This document shows positions 1 to 13,531 of a stretch of DNA of 64,000 nt, piece by piece. Origin of the DNA: Bugula neritina (taxonomy: Eukaryota > Animalia > Bryozoa); assembly GCA_964035545.1 (NCBI GenBank), contig OZ037766.1, forward strand, positions 33,284,773-33,348,772, given 5' to 3'. Position numbers and translations under genes: made by a program. The stretch's first letter is position 1. Every line of letters starts with the position of its first letter. A model generated the notes under the pieces. It saw only the letters and a list, made by a program, of their open reading frames with translations. It did not search any database and was not told the origin of the DNA.

Positions 1-640
1 CATTATGGTATGATGGTGTATAACTGTATATGTATAATCATACTACGTTATGGTATGATGGTGTATAACTGTATATGTATAATCATACTACGTTATGGTA
101 TGATGGTGTATAACTATATATGTATAATCATACTACATTATGGTATGACGGTGTATAACTGTATATGTATAATCATACTACATTATGGTATGATGGTGTA
201 TAACTGTATATGTATAATCATACTACATTATGGTATGATGGTGTATAACTGTATATGTATAATCATACTACATTATGGTATGATGGTGTATAACTATATA
301 TGTATAATCATACAACATTATGGTATGATGGTGTATAACTGTATATGTATAATCATACTACATTATGGTATGATGGTGTATAACTGTATATGTATAATCA
401 TACTACGTTATGGTATGATGGTGTATAACTGTATATGTATAATCATACTACATTATGGTATGACGGTGTATAACTGTATATGTATAATCATACTACGTTA
501 TGGTATGATGGTGTATAACTATATATGTATAATCATACTACATTATGGTATGATGGTGTATAACTGTATATGTATAATCATACTACATATGATGGTCTAT
601 AACTATATATGTATAATCTTACTACGTATGATGGTGTATA
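1..640. repeat. 45-bp minisatellite in a DEG/ENaC intron
   Basis: Unit cattatggtatgatggtgtataactgtatatgtataatcatacta, about 13 copies, degenerating next to the donor at 646; explains ORF 10..711. Confidence 0.95.
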
Positions 641-646
641 ACTTAC

Positions 647-2470
647 CAAAAATCCTTCACTGGATGAGAGACGGTTTGGGAAATAATCTTCAACTTTTGT
701 ATCGAGCATGAGAGTGAGCCCCTTGTTGCTTCCTGCCGTGTACGCCATTTGGTCACCTTTGCTGTTGAATCGGAAGCAGAGACCTACAAACATGAGAGAA
801 CAATTCCTACTTACTTTAAGCAAGACATAATTCCATCTAATTGAGTATGATGAAATGCTCAACAAGAGGCTAAACTTGTGCCATCAGTGGTTAGTAGAAA
901 TAATATGAGACAATAAATGCTGATGCAATATTTCTCATCAGTTTTCCAAAACTAGAGAATTGCATTATATACACCTGAATCTGTGCCGACAACTTCAAAT
1001 ATTTCTCTACACGAAAGGACAACTCCCTGATAATGACAGAACAGCATGCTCTCCTCCATAGAGTGGGAGTTGTGATGTAGGAATGATTCCATGAACCTTT
1101 CTTCAAGTAAGCTGGACAGAAATGGGTCCTCCCAATCGTACCTAAATGCCATTGAAAATAAGTAATTACCATGTACAATAGCATTTAAAGTATTATTGTA
1201 TTGCAAACCTACATTCCTATTTTGTATATATAATGTTTGTATATATAATGTTTGTAAATATTTATAATTTTCCACCTGATATGTTTTTCTCACATTAAAC
1301 TTAAGTTTTCCGTTTACTTAAACTGCAAAATGTTAGTGCTTAGAAGGTGAAATTTAAGTGAGCTACGCAGCTGAAACCTGAGTGGAACGGTTTTACCTGT
1401 CTTCGCTGACGTTCAATGAAAACTGCACGTCATACCAGACGTTGCCAAAGAGTGTCTCATTTTCTGTACTCCAGCTCAAGTTCTTTAAACTGGATCTTTT
1501 AATGGAGTTTCTGTTGCATATTGTGATTGTTGGATACTGAAAGAAGTACATCAAGTTTATATCTGATTGGCTAAAAGGGTCAATGAAGTTGAATGTTTAC
1601 AGTGTAAATATTTCAACAGCTCTGATGGACAGCTGGATATTCATCTAAAAAGCAAATCTAAGCAAAATATTGCATAAAGAATTTTTGCAGTAAGCAAAAT
1701 CACACTATGAAAACTAATTTTAGCAATTTTATATTAAATTATTTTTTCTGTTTATTCATGTCAAACTCCTCACTTACCTTTACTTACCTCTAACTGTACT
1801 TACCTCTATATCTAACTGCTCTTACTTCTAACTATACTTACCTATATCTAACTATACTCACCTCTATCTATGTAACCGTACTTACTGTACGTACCTCTAT
1901 ACTCTTTGTTGTCTCCACTGTTACTTTAGTTGATACCGGTTTGTTAGAGAGCTCAATGATAAACAAACAGCTTGCTATACCAAAGTATGTTATCCCGGAA
2001 ACAACCATCACACACCACACTAATCTAAATTAGTAGAATTGCAAATGTTCTACATTGTTGAAACTATTTTATTATAAGTTTTTAAATAGTCTTTTGAAAA
2101 CTGCATGTTATATTTTTTTATGAGAAAATATTTAAATAATCACATAAATTTAAGGATTTTATTCTATGATGAATATGTTCAAAACTCCTCAACTGCAATT
2201 AATCACTGTGTCCACATTATGATCGATAATATGTGCCATGAAAATAGCAGATTTACTAAATATTCTACTGCATATATCTACCAGAGTAATTGTCATCAGT
2301 TGTTTACAACATGCCATTTCCAATGAAAAATTATTGTATTTAAACTAAGGAGTTGTCTGCACACTGTACCTTCGCTTTAGAGTTATCTGCCCATCTGAGG
2401 TATATCTAACTCCGTGCATGGAATTCTCTTGCAGAAACTCTCCAAAACTTAATCGCTGTTCAGAGTTCAT
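647..2470 (-). CDS. DEG/ENaC (ASIC-like) sodium channel subunit, first five coding exons; continues beyond window start
   Basis: Exons 2470-2370, 2024-1895, 1536-1397, 1141-975, 783-647, all GT-AG with consistent phases. Motifs: SMHGVRY (HG motif), TM1 LVWCVMVVSGITYFGIASCLFII, YPTITICNRN (FPAVTICN motif), HSMEESMLFCHYQG...C...F...TDSGLCFRFN, AGSNKGLTLMLD. Confidence 0.93.
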
Positions 2471-3263
2471 TTTAATCAGCTGAACTTAACTGACTTAGTG
2501 CATTCCTGGGTCTGTCAAACAACAAAATGCTGATACACAAGGAGCACAAAGACAGAATTCTAAGTGTATGCATTAGAGTAAAGTTACTATATTTTTTCCA
2601 AAACAGATGATTTTTAGATATTAAAGCTACAATAAAAACACTAACATTTACTCAAAATCTTATTAGCTGAAAGAGAAATATTAACTATTGGTGAAGAGCT
2701 GCTTATTTCATATGATCCATAAAATGGAATAAAGACTTAAATTTTCTAACAAATTAAAATCTTTTCAACAGAAACAGTGGTGCAAATACATGCTACATTT
2801 TCAGTATCACTGAAACCTACCTTCAGCTTGATGCTGTGTCTGCATAGGAGAGATGTGAGGTTAAGTCTGGTAGCAGTGGGTTGTGTGGGATGTAAAGGAG
2901 AATGTATTATTATGCTGTGCGTAGCATTAAACAGGAAACTCGTACTTATGTTAGGAGAAAAAGGAAATAAATGAGTTGAATTCAATAAATTAACATCTCT
3001 ACAGGCGATTATGTTTCTAAAACTCAACCCTTACAAAGAGAAAAAAAGCCTTTAAGCCCTTCTGTACAGGATCAAACATATAATATATACTAAACAATAC
3101 TATACTATATACTAAACAATACTATACTATAATATATATCTTGTATATATTGCATATGTATATGATTCAAGTTATATGACATACCATTGAGATTGGTGGA
3201 TCAATAATCTACTATACATTATGCTGTATAGCAGATCCACTACAATATTATCGATCTGTAAGC

Positions 3264-3480
3264 AGCCACAGTCTAGGGGTTAAAGCGTTTGCTTAGTAAA
3301 CAAGAAGGTCATGGGTTCGAGCCCTAACAAAGGCCATTGGTGATGTTAGGAAGAGCATCCAGTCAGAATTGTTCCTGTGCCTCATTTAAATTTAAGTCCT
3401 TAGCCCGCTTTAACAAAAACCCTTTCAATCAGGGTTTCTCACAGGGATAGCAACTATAAACTTGTGTGAGTGAGTTTTAT
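3264..3480 (+). mobile_element. tRNA-derived SINE-like element
   Basis: tRNA-like head with B box gggttcgagccc (~3313), followed by ggccattggtgatgttaggaagagcatccagtc, which resembles a common SINE middle-body motif; boundaries approximate. Confidence 0.55.
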
Positions 3481-3861
3481 ATGCTATAAATTTTGTTCCT
3501 CAAGTGTTATTGATATATAATGCTAGAAATGCAAGTATTATAGTGCTGTGATTTGTGCATATATAGTCACTCAAACTGTAGAATGGCCCATCTGATTAAA
3601 GAAGTAAATATTATAGTCACAGCTCTTCACTACAGCTAAATATTTCAATTTAATACACATCATAGGTATATAGCAGTTCTGGAACTTGCTGCCATGACAT
3701 GTATAGTGTACCATAATATACTAAAATATTATACTGAGAGGGAACGCAAGAGATTGTTGATAGAATTGATTGAAAATTGAAAATCAGGCTTAAGTTGCTT
3801 GTGAATGTTGGAAGACAACATGAACCTAGTTTAACTACACACACACGCACACACACGCGCG

Positions 3862-3903
<42 letters not shown>

Positions 3904-3912
<9 letters not shown>

Positions 3913-4119
3913 GTATACGAGAAACATTGTTATTTATTACTTTATTAGGTAAAGTAATTACACTGATATTTCGGGTACCACTGTACCCATCATCAGAGTA
4001 GCTACTCTGATGATGGGTACAGTGGTACCCGAAATATCAGTGTAATTACTTTACCTAATAAAGTAATAAATAACAATGTTTCTCGTATACCTATTTATAA
4101 TCAAATTGCTAGCTCGTAA

Positions 4120-4122
<3 letters not shown>
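3904..4122. mobile_element. Penelope pLTR-like inverted duplication 1 (196-bp perfect palindrome plus short tail) in (TA)n
   Basis: 3904-4001 is the exact reverse complement of 4002-4099 with no spacer; hammerhead core and AATAAA in each arm; (TA)n on both sides. Confidence 0.7.
3995..4052 (+). ncRNA. Minimal type I hammerhead ribozyme variant (mirror copy on - strand)
   Basis: CUGAUGA 4007-4013, one extra U, stem II GGGUAC/GUACCC with AGUG loop, GAAA 4031-4034, minimal stem III (AUAU), AUC site (cut after 4038), stem I UACU/AGUG plus AGAGUAG/UUACUUU. Confidence 0.55.
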
Positions 4123-4597
<475 letters not shown>

Positions 4598-5029
4598 CAG
4601 ATATTTTTCTAATAATATATCATAGCAATATTATACCAACTATACCACTTCAATACATATTATCATACTACATATATAATATTATATAGATAGCAACTTG
4701 CATAAAATGTTATATTATATTAAACTAGTTTAAAGCCAACAAATGTAAAGCTTAATGTGTGTCTACTGTTGTAATCAAAATATCATTTTACTTGGTTTTA
4801 CTTTTTTAAAACAATATTTCTTATGTTATAGAGTTATTTTACCAACTCTTTCAAAAAGAAAACTTATTTTGAGCAACTGCAAAACAATGTTTAAATCTCA
4901 CATATTAGTCCAAGAATCATTAAAACTTGCTATCATGCCTTACCAAGTTGAAGTGTGATTTACCTCATATATACTGCGACAAACTGGCTAATTGAAATTA
5001 CTGAGTGCTAATGCAAACTAAACTGACGG

Positions 5030-5155
5030 GCAGCTGTAGGTAGCTGTAGGTAGCTGCAGGTAGCCGCAGGTAGCCGCAGGTAGCCGCAGGTAGCCGCAGG
5101 GAGCCGCAGGGAGCCGCAGGTAGCCGCAGGGAGCCGCAGGGAGCCGCAGGTAGCC
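5030..5155. repeat. 10-bp tandem repeat (gtagccgcag)n
   Basis: About 12 copies seen directly. Confidence 0.9.
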
Positions 5156-5899
5156 TATACTCAACTTTACAAAGTGCAGGTATTCGTAAACTTTTTATAT
5201 CAACAGTATTTACCTAACAACTGAATAGAAATAATTGTTTGGAAAGTAAATAAAGTAAACAATGACGCAGGTTGGTAAATATTACGGTTTTCAATCTACT
5301 CTTACATGTTGAGTACTTGAGAGCTGGGAACTGACTCTGCCCTGCCAGGTGGCGTAGTGGGTGTTGATATAGTCAGGGTTGTCCCCCCTCATATGTTGTT
5401 TGTGTTGATATATTGATATCTAGTGAGTATGCATTGATATCTACTCAGTATCATTGATATCTAGTGAGTATACATCGATATCTACTCAGTATATATTGAT
5501 ATCTACTCAGTATATATTGATATCTACTGAGTATCATTGATGTCTAATGAGTATACATTGACATCTACTCAGTATATATATTGATATCTATTTAAGCATG
5601 AGTATATTGCTAACTACTCAGCCTAATGTATTATACAATTTACACCACTCACTATATTTAATAATATCCTATTAAGTGTATATATGTATTTTTTATTACC
5701 CTTATTCTTTACTAAGGCTTTGGAAATAAAAGAGAAAGCCTGCATTCTTATCACAAAGGAGTAGAGATGAAATCACATCTCTTACTAGTGTCTGTTATCT
5801 ATAATGTTTAAACTAGCATAGATAATATGTGAGTTTTCTTAATAGATCATGTAGCAATAGTTAGAGATTCAGTTTATAGATGGGTGCAAGGGTAGCAGT

Positions 5900-8800
5900 A
5901 TGACTAACTACACAGGTTTGTTATATAATATAATCATATTTACATATAAGTATTGTAGCCTACTGTATGTATGTAATATATAGTATATACCTCAATGTAC
6001 AGAGCTATATTGAAGTAGAATATTATTCTCTGTCTTTCAACGTTCCTAGTGGCAGTCCTCTGTGTGATACTCGGATATTTATCAAGTATTGTCATAGAAG
6101 AGCAGCGGTTAGACTCAGCAGTTGAAACTTTGGAGCAAAAACTGAAAACTCAAGTGGAAGAACTGAAAACTCAACAAACAGTTCTGCATTCAATACTTTT
6201 GGCTGTGAGTATATGGTACACTTTATAGCTGCATGTAGCATTAGTGGTCACAACTCTAAATAATGTGGGTCATATAATAGCCAACTGTAACATATAAAAA
6301 AAAAAAAATTATATATAATTTTTTTTGGATATAAGTGGGAGAATGAGTTATAAAGCACCTCATATACTGTCTGATTTGTATTATATGATGAAATTAGTCT
6401 CTTTAAACTATACTTTTTCAGAACAGAGCTATACACGTTGGTAGTTCTACAACATAGTTATACATGGAAACAATAGCAATAAGTTGATTATCTCCCTTGT
6501 GTATGTATATAACATCACTGCTTCTTACTAAGCAAATAATATTTGTATTATAGGATTTATTAAAACCTACGAGCTCCATACAAACTACACTATAGCATAC
6601 AAACTATACTATAGCTTACAAACTACACTATAGCATACAAACTACACTATAGCTTACAAACTACACTATAGCTTACAAACTATACTATAGCTTACAAACT
6701 ATACTATAGCTTACAAACTACACTATAGCTTACAAACTACACTATAGCTTACAAACTACACTATAACTTACAAACTACACTATAACTTACAAACTACATT
6801 ATAGCTTACAAACTACACTATAACTTACAAACTACACTATAACTTACAAACTACACTATAGCTTACAAACTATACTATAGCTTACAAACTATACTATAGC
6901 TTACAAACTATACTATAGCTTACAAACTATACACTATAGCTTACAAACTACACTATAGCATACAAACTACACTATAGCTTACAAACTACACTATAGCTTA
7001 CAAACTACACTATAACTTACAAACTACACTATAGCATACAAACTACACTATAGCTTACAAACTACACTATAGCTTACAAACTATACTATAGCTTACAAAC
7101 TACACTATTGCTTACAAACTACACTATAGCTTACAAACTATACTATAGCTTACAAACTACACTATAGCTTACAAACTACACTATAGCTTACAAACTACAC
7201 TATAGCTTACAAACTACACTATAGCTTACAAACTACACTATAGCTTACAAACTACACTATAGCTTACAAACTATACACTATAGCTTACAAACTACACTAT
7301 AGCTTACAAACTACACTATAGCTTACAAACTACACTATAGCTTACAAATTACACTATAGCTTACAAACTATACACTATAGCTTACAAACTACACTATAGC
7401 TTACAAACTACACTATAGCTTACAAACTATACACTATAGCTTACAAACTACACTATAGCTTACAAACTACACTATAGCTTACAAACTACACTATAGCTTA
7501 CAAACTACACTATAGCTTACAAACTACACTATAGCTGACAAACTACACTATAGCTGACAAACTACACTATAGCCTACAAACTACACTATAGCTTACAAAC
7601 TACACTATAGCTTACAAACTACACTATAGCATACAAACTACACTATAGCTTACAAACTACACTATAGCTTACAAACTATACTATAGCTTACAAACTACAC
7701 TATAGCTTACAAACTACACTATAGCTTACAAACTACACTATAGCTTACAAACTACACTATAGCTTACAAACTATACTATAGCTTACAAACTACACTATAG
7801 CTTACAAACTATACTATAGCTTACAAACTACACTATATCTTACAAACTATACTATAGCTTACAAACTACACTATAGCTTACAAACTATACTATAGCTTAC
7901 AAACTACACTATAGCTTACAAACTATACTATAGCTTACAAACTACACTATAGCTTACAAACTACACTATAGCATACAAACTATACTATAGCTTACAAACT
8001 ATACTATAGCTTACAAACTACACTATAGCATACAAACTACACTATAGCATACAAACTACACTATAGCATACAAACTACACTATAGCATACAAACTACACT
8101 ATAGCTTACAAACTACGCTTTAGCTTACTAACTACACTATAGCCTACAAACTACACTATAGCTTACAAGCTACACTATAGCTGACAAACTACACTATAGC
8201 TTACTAACTACACTATAGCTTACAAACTATACACTATAGCTGACAAACTATACTATAGCTTACAAACTATACTATAGCTTACAAACTACACTATAGCTTA
8301 CAAACTATACTATAGCTTACAAACTACACTATAGCTTACAAACTATACTATAGCTTACAAACTACACTATAGCTTACAAACTATACTATAGCTTACAAAC
8401 TACACTATAGCTTACAAACTATACTATAGCTTACAAACTACACTATAGCTTACAAACTATACTATAGCTTACAAACTACACTATAGCTTACAAACTATAC
8501 TATAGCTTACAAACTACACTATAGCTTACAAACTACCCTATAGCTTACAACCTATACACTATAGCTTACAACCTATACACTATAACTTACAAACTATACA
8601 CTATAGCTTACAAACTACACTATAGCATACAAACTACACTATAGCTTACAACCTATACACTATAGCTTACAACCTATACACTATAACTTACAAACTATAC
8701 ACTATAGCTTACAAACTACACTATAGCATACAAACTACACTATAGCTTACAAACTACACTATAGCTTACAAACTATACTATAGCTTACAAACTACACTAT

Positions 8801-11155
8801 AGCTTACAAACTACACTATAGCATACAAACTACACTATAGCTTACAAACTACACTATAGCTTACAAACTATACTATAGCTTACAACCTATACACTGTAGC
8901 TTACAAACTATACACTATAGCTTACAACCTATACACTATAACTTACAAACTACACTATAGCTTACAAACTATACACTGTAGCTTACAAACTACACTGTAG
9001 CTTACAAACTACACTATAGCTTACAAACTATACACTGTAGCTTACAAACTACACTATAGCTTACAAACTACACTATAGCTTGCAAACTACCCTATAGTTT
9101 ATCACCTAACCCTCTATTATAGCTGTTAAACACTGATGCACCCAGGAGCCAATGGGAACTACCTAAGGAAAGTGATGGAACTTCTTTGGTGAACTTGGCA
9201 AAGCAGCTGCAGGTTCAGGGTATGCCTAAAGTTAATATGTTCATATTATATATCAATTATTTATATTCATATAATAATATAATGAGATTTTATTCTTCAG
9301 TCTCAAGTGAATAAATGCATTGGCTAAGTAAGTAATTATACATAAATTTGTTGGTGTATGCTAATCCAGGTAATAAAACATTTGGTTTATTGCCTCATAG
9401 AGATTTTACAGCTGCTTAGAAGTGTTGTACAATAACTTTTCAGAATTAAAACGTGCTGGAGAGTGTGAAGGAAAAGTTGGACAAAAAGGAGCAAAAGGAG
9501 AAAAAGGAGAATTTGGTTTACCTGGCTTGAGTGGGTTGCCTGGTGAAAACGGATTGAAAGGTGAAACTGGAGCATTAGGAGAAAAAGGAGAATCTGGTTC
9601 TAAGAGAGAGACTGGTTCAAGGGGAAAACCTGGTTCTAAGGGAGAGACTGGTGCAAGTGGAAATCCTGGTTCTAAGGGAGAGACTGGTGCAAGTGGAAAA
9701 CCTGGTTCTAAGGGAGAGACTGGTGCAAGTGGAAATCCTGGTTCTAAGGGAGAGACTGGTGCAAGTGGAAAACCTGGTTCTAAGGGAGAGACTGGTGCAA
9801 GTGGAAAACCTGGTTCTAAGGGAGAGACTGGTGCAAGTGGAAAACCTGGTTCTAAGGGAGAGACTGGTGCAAGTGGAAAACCTGGTTCTAAGGGAGAGAC
9901 TGGTGCAAGTGGAAAACTTGGTTCTAAGGGAGAGACTGGTGCAAGTGGAAAACCTGGTTCTAAGGGAGAGACTGGTGCAAGTGGAAAACCTGGTTCTAAG
10001 GGAGAGACTGGTGCAAGTGGAAAACCTGGTTCTAAGGGAGAATCTGGTTCTAAGGGAGAGACTGGTTTTAAGGGAGAGACTGGTTTTAAGGGAGAGACTG
10101 GTTTTAAGGGAGAAGCTGGTGCAAGTGGAAAAGATGGAGAAGTCGGCCCAAAGGGAGAAAAAGGTGCCATGGGTAGTGCAGTTGATGCAGGCGCTGTCTA
10201 CACAAGATGGGGGAGAACAACATGCGATACCCATTCAGATGTTGTGTATGTGGGTGAGAGATGCTACTCTGTACATTGGAACTTTTGTTGATTACATCCA
10301 TTTTAAGATAAGCTATAATAAAGAACATTGGTATTTAACTCCATCTAACTTCAAAATAGCTGCTCATGTGATCAATGTATTAGTTTTGTTTCAGGTTAGA
10401 GTAATACTGCATGCCTGTATTGTTAGTCTAATCAGCGCTGTCTCTTTACTAGGTTTTGCTGCCGGGGAGCTCTATAATAATCACGGAGGGGGAGTGAACT
10501 ACCAGTGCTTACCATCTGACCCTCAGTACAACAAGGTGTACCCTGGTGATTTCGAAGGTTCATTTATACGTGGCGCAGAGTATCAGTCCTTTAGTTATGG
10601 AATATTCCCCGATCCAGCATTTCAACAGAATGTACCATGTGCCAGATGTTATACTAAAAACAGACCAGCTGTTATGATGATTCCAGCCAAGAGAACTTGT
10701 CCCTCGACATGGACTGTAGAGTATGAAGGTGATTTTGTTTCTACTATAGTTTTGTATTATAATTTTATAGTCGGTAAATTAAAAAGAAACTGGGCAGTAA
10801 TAGGATGCAGCAAGTTCCACATGCGACACTATATATACAATCACTAAATTCTATGTTATCTATTTTTGCTGAGTATTGGTAATCTTTTTAAGCAAGGCAG
10901 CTTATAAACTAAACAGTGTTGATATGTAGTTGTAATTCTGAAGGTTACTTGATGGCTGAGAGAGATGTCAACAAACACTCCTCAACTTACGAATGCGTAG
11001 ACGCTAGCCCAGAGTACATCAGAGGCATGGAAGCCAACAACGATGGAGCTTTATTTTACTTTATCAAAATGACTTGTGCTGAAGAAGGGACTACTGGACA
11101 TTGCCCTCCATACATAGCAAATTACCAGCTCACTTGCGTCGTCTGCTCCAAGTAG
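5900..11155 (+). CDS. Secreted short-chain collagen C4-like protein (signal peptide, coiled coil, Gly-X-Y domain, Cys-rich C-terminal domain)
   Basis: Exons 5900-5915, 6050-6204, 9123-9219, 9444-10253, 10453-10728, 10944-11155, GT-AG and in phase. N-terminus MTNYTVAVLCVILGYLSS; C-terminal motifs YTRWGRTTC, GGGVNYQCLP, GAEYQ, NVPCARC, IPAKRTCP..WT.EYEGYLM, GALFYF, CPPY, CVVCSK. The first exon is the least certain. Confidence 0.88.
6578..9100. repeat. 19-bp minisatellite (acaaactacactatagctt)n filling collagen intron 2
   Basis: Array of about 2.5 kb, roughly 130 units with minor variants. Confidence 0.97.
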
Positions 11156-11392
11156 TTATAATAGAATACCTGACTGTAATAAGACAACAGCTGTGTCTAC
11201 TGTAATCAAATGCTATTCAATTTTTATCATAAAGCAACTCAATTTTAAATTATGTATTTTCTTGTTACATAAAATTGCTTTAGAGACATAGAGATCACTG
11301 TACAACTTTTTGTAGAAAATATATATACATGATTTATACAGCCTAAATTTCTCTTCTCAGTACAGCCCAAGTGTATTGATGAGTTTACCCAG

Positions 11393-11665
11393 TGGTCCCG
11401 TGGTGTAATGGTTGGCACACTTGCTTGCAAGCCAGAGGTCTCCAGTTCGATTTTCAGTGGGGGCAAAATTATTTTTCACCAAGTTTTGCTAAGTTATTGG
11501 TATTACCATACACGAAATTATACGATTTATTTCTGTTACGGATCACACTAAAATAGTTTATTCTTGCATGCATTTTTATCTAGAGAGATTTTGCATGTAA
11601 ACTACATTGGAATAAAAGCATGCATTAGCTCTCAATCCTTTACTTTGCTAGTATATAGATTAGAA
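11393..11665 (+). mobile_element. tRNA-derived SINE-like element or degenerate tRNA head
   Basis: A box tggtgtaatgg (11401), degenerate B box agttcgatt (~11444), imperfect acceptor stem, AT-rich body; 3' boundary approximate. Confidence 0.55.
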
Positions 11666-12507
11666 GATCGAGTTGTGTTGCACCTCCTTATTTCTGCACT
11701 TCATATACTAAATACTCTATACACGCATCTTCTTATCAACAGAGTTGGTTGCTAGGTGATAGGGTCATGCATATGAGTAAGAGTTTATAATTGTTACCAC
11801 AAGACTTGCTTAATGCACTTTCTACCTGCAGTAAGCAATATTTCGCTGCTCTATTACTGTTTATTCAATAAACGTAGCTAGTTCATAAAGGAACAGTTCG
11901 AAGACTCCAAATAAATCAGCACAACTAGTAGCTGTAATTAGATCGCTGGTGTTTTAATTGCATGCTGAAAAAGTACATTAAAACTAATGTTTTGTATGCA
12001 ATGTATTTACTATAGTGCGCCTTATTTTGTATCTCATCTAGCTCATTCACATTTTACCACCAATTGTTGCTTTCAAAATTTGTTCCCCAACACGCCCTAG
12101 AATATCCCATGTGACCATCACCAGCACAATATTTTAAATAAAATCTTAATTTTGAAAAGGAAAGGCACTTTCCATGCTGTATCAACTGCAAATTTTTAAT
12201 ATAATATAAAGACATTTTCTCAGGTGTGATCCTATAACTTAAAGGAGAAGCTGTAGGGGTGGGCATTGCTTCATTTTTTATTAACACAAAAGCATGCAAT
12301 ATTTTTTAATTGTGCCAAAAATATAACCACTTTTACCTAATTATTTGAGGTTTTTTCAGACCTACAAAATATAACTCTATACTTATGATGTGATGAGAAC
12401 TCATTTGTATCATATAGTATATTAAAATTACATAGTACAATGAGAAGTTAACTATATATCATATGCTAGTATATTGCACGAATTGGTATTACAGTGGTAT
12501 TACATGA

Positions 12508-13531
12508 TTAGTTGTAAAATGTTTCACACATAAAAGCTGCAAGATTATTGCAATCTTTCTGCACGTATCTTATATTTTCCTGGTTTGGTGACGAGACTAC
12601 ACACTGTGAAGCATTAGTTTGGTGCTGAGACTACACACTGTGAATCATCTGTGATGTTTTTGGGTTCATAACGTGCCCAGTCCCCAAGTCCCATCAGCTT
12701 GGTTTGGCCACCTGCAACATGCCATTTGCAACAACCTTCGTAGCTCTAAGCTCCAATCCATACAAGGGAATTCCTTAGACCTTTCCACTTTGTAGAGCAC
12801 GAATAATTAGGTGTGAGTAAGTATGAGAGTAACACTGTGAACAAAGTAAGTAACACTGTGAACAGAGTAAGTAAAATAAAGAATTTACTTGGATGAGTTT
12901 TCCTAGCATGTTCCATCCAGTAAAGAGAGTCCATAGTGTCAAACACAGTATGTCTGCCACCTTCAGACCTACAGAAGTCTTTAGTGTCTACCAGTTCTTT
13001 GAGATGCTGCTGAATATTTTGAGGCATGAGGTTGAGTAGCGGCTCCAGAGGTGGCTATCAGGGCAGAATATCTGACCTTGAATATAATTACTTACACTAA
13101 GTTTACGAAAGAAATATGTTGGAAAAACATTTTAGATAACTTATTTTGAATTATGTTTCCCACAACGAAAGTAGTTTTCTAAAAAAGCATATCATTTAGG
13201 TTAACAAGTTTCAAAAGTTAAATATTTGTATTACTCTATTGAATTACACTACCATATGCACAATCTAAGGTCACGACTGTAGTTATAAGGATAGTCAGTC
13301 TAAAGTCGACTGTTGAAATGCTGAAGTCAGTAGTGGCAGATCATATACAGTCATTGCTTTAATTCTCCTTCCACAATGAAACCAACAATTTTAATATTTT
13401 TTAGAGCTTCAATAAAATAAACTCAGTATTTTAGAAGTTAGTTTAATTAGCATACCATGCTTACCTCCAGACTTTGCAATGCACAGGGTGACTGCAAGTA
13501 CCCAATATACTGGAGAGAGTTTATAATACAT
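12508..13531 (-). pseudogene. C-type lectin pseudogene
   Basis: Signal-peptide exon MYYKLSPVYWVLAVTLCIAKSG (13531-13465). Exon 2 CPDSHLWSRYSTSCLKI..SKNW has a frameshift/stop near 12990. Exon 3 has VWIGA* (in-frame stop ~12746), EPK, an internal ~30-bp duplication (cacagtgtgtagtctc..caccaaac x2) and ends FMCETFYN*. Confidence 0.85.

Noticed and set aside
10-711. 233-aa ORF and other periodic ORFs (29.7-30.6, 34.5-37.9, 41.1-41.7, 62.0-64.0 kb)
   Set aside because: They are translations of stop-free minisatellites lying inside introns of reconstructed genes.
9406-10234. Antisense and alternative-frame ORFs over the collagen exon
   Set aside because: Shadows of the Gly-X-Y repeat; only one frame splices into a coherent protein.
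11393-11465. Functional tRNA gene
   Set aside because: The acceptor and T stems pair poorly and the B box is degenerate; it fits a SINE head better.
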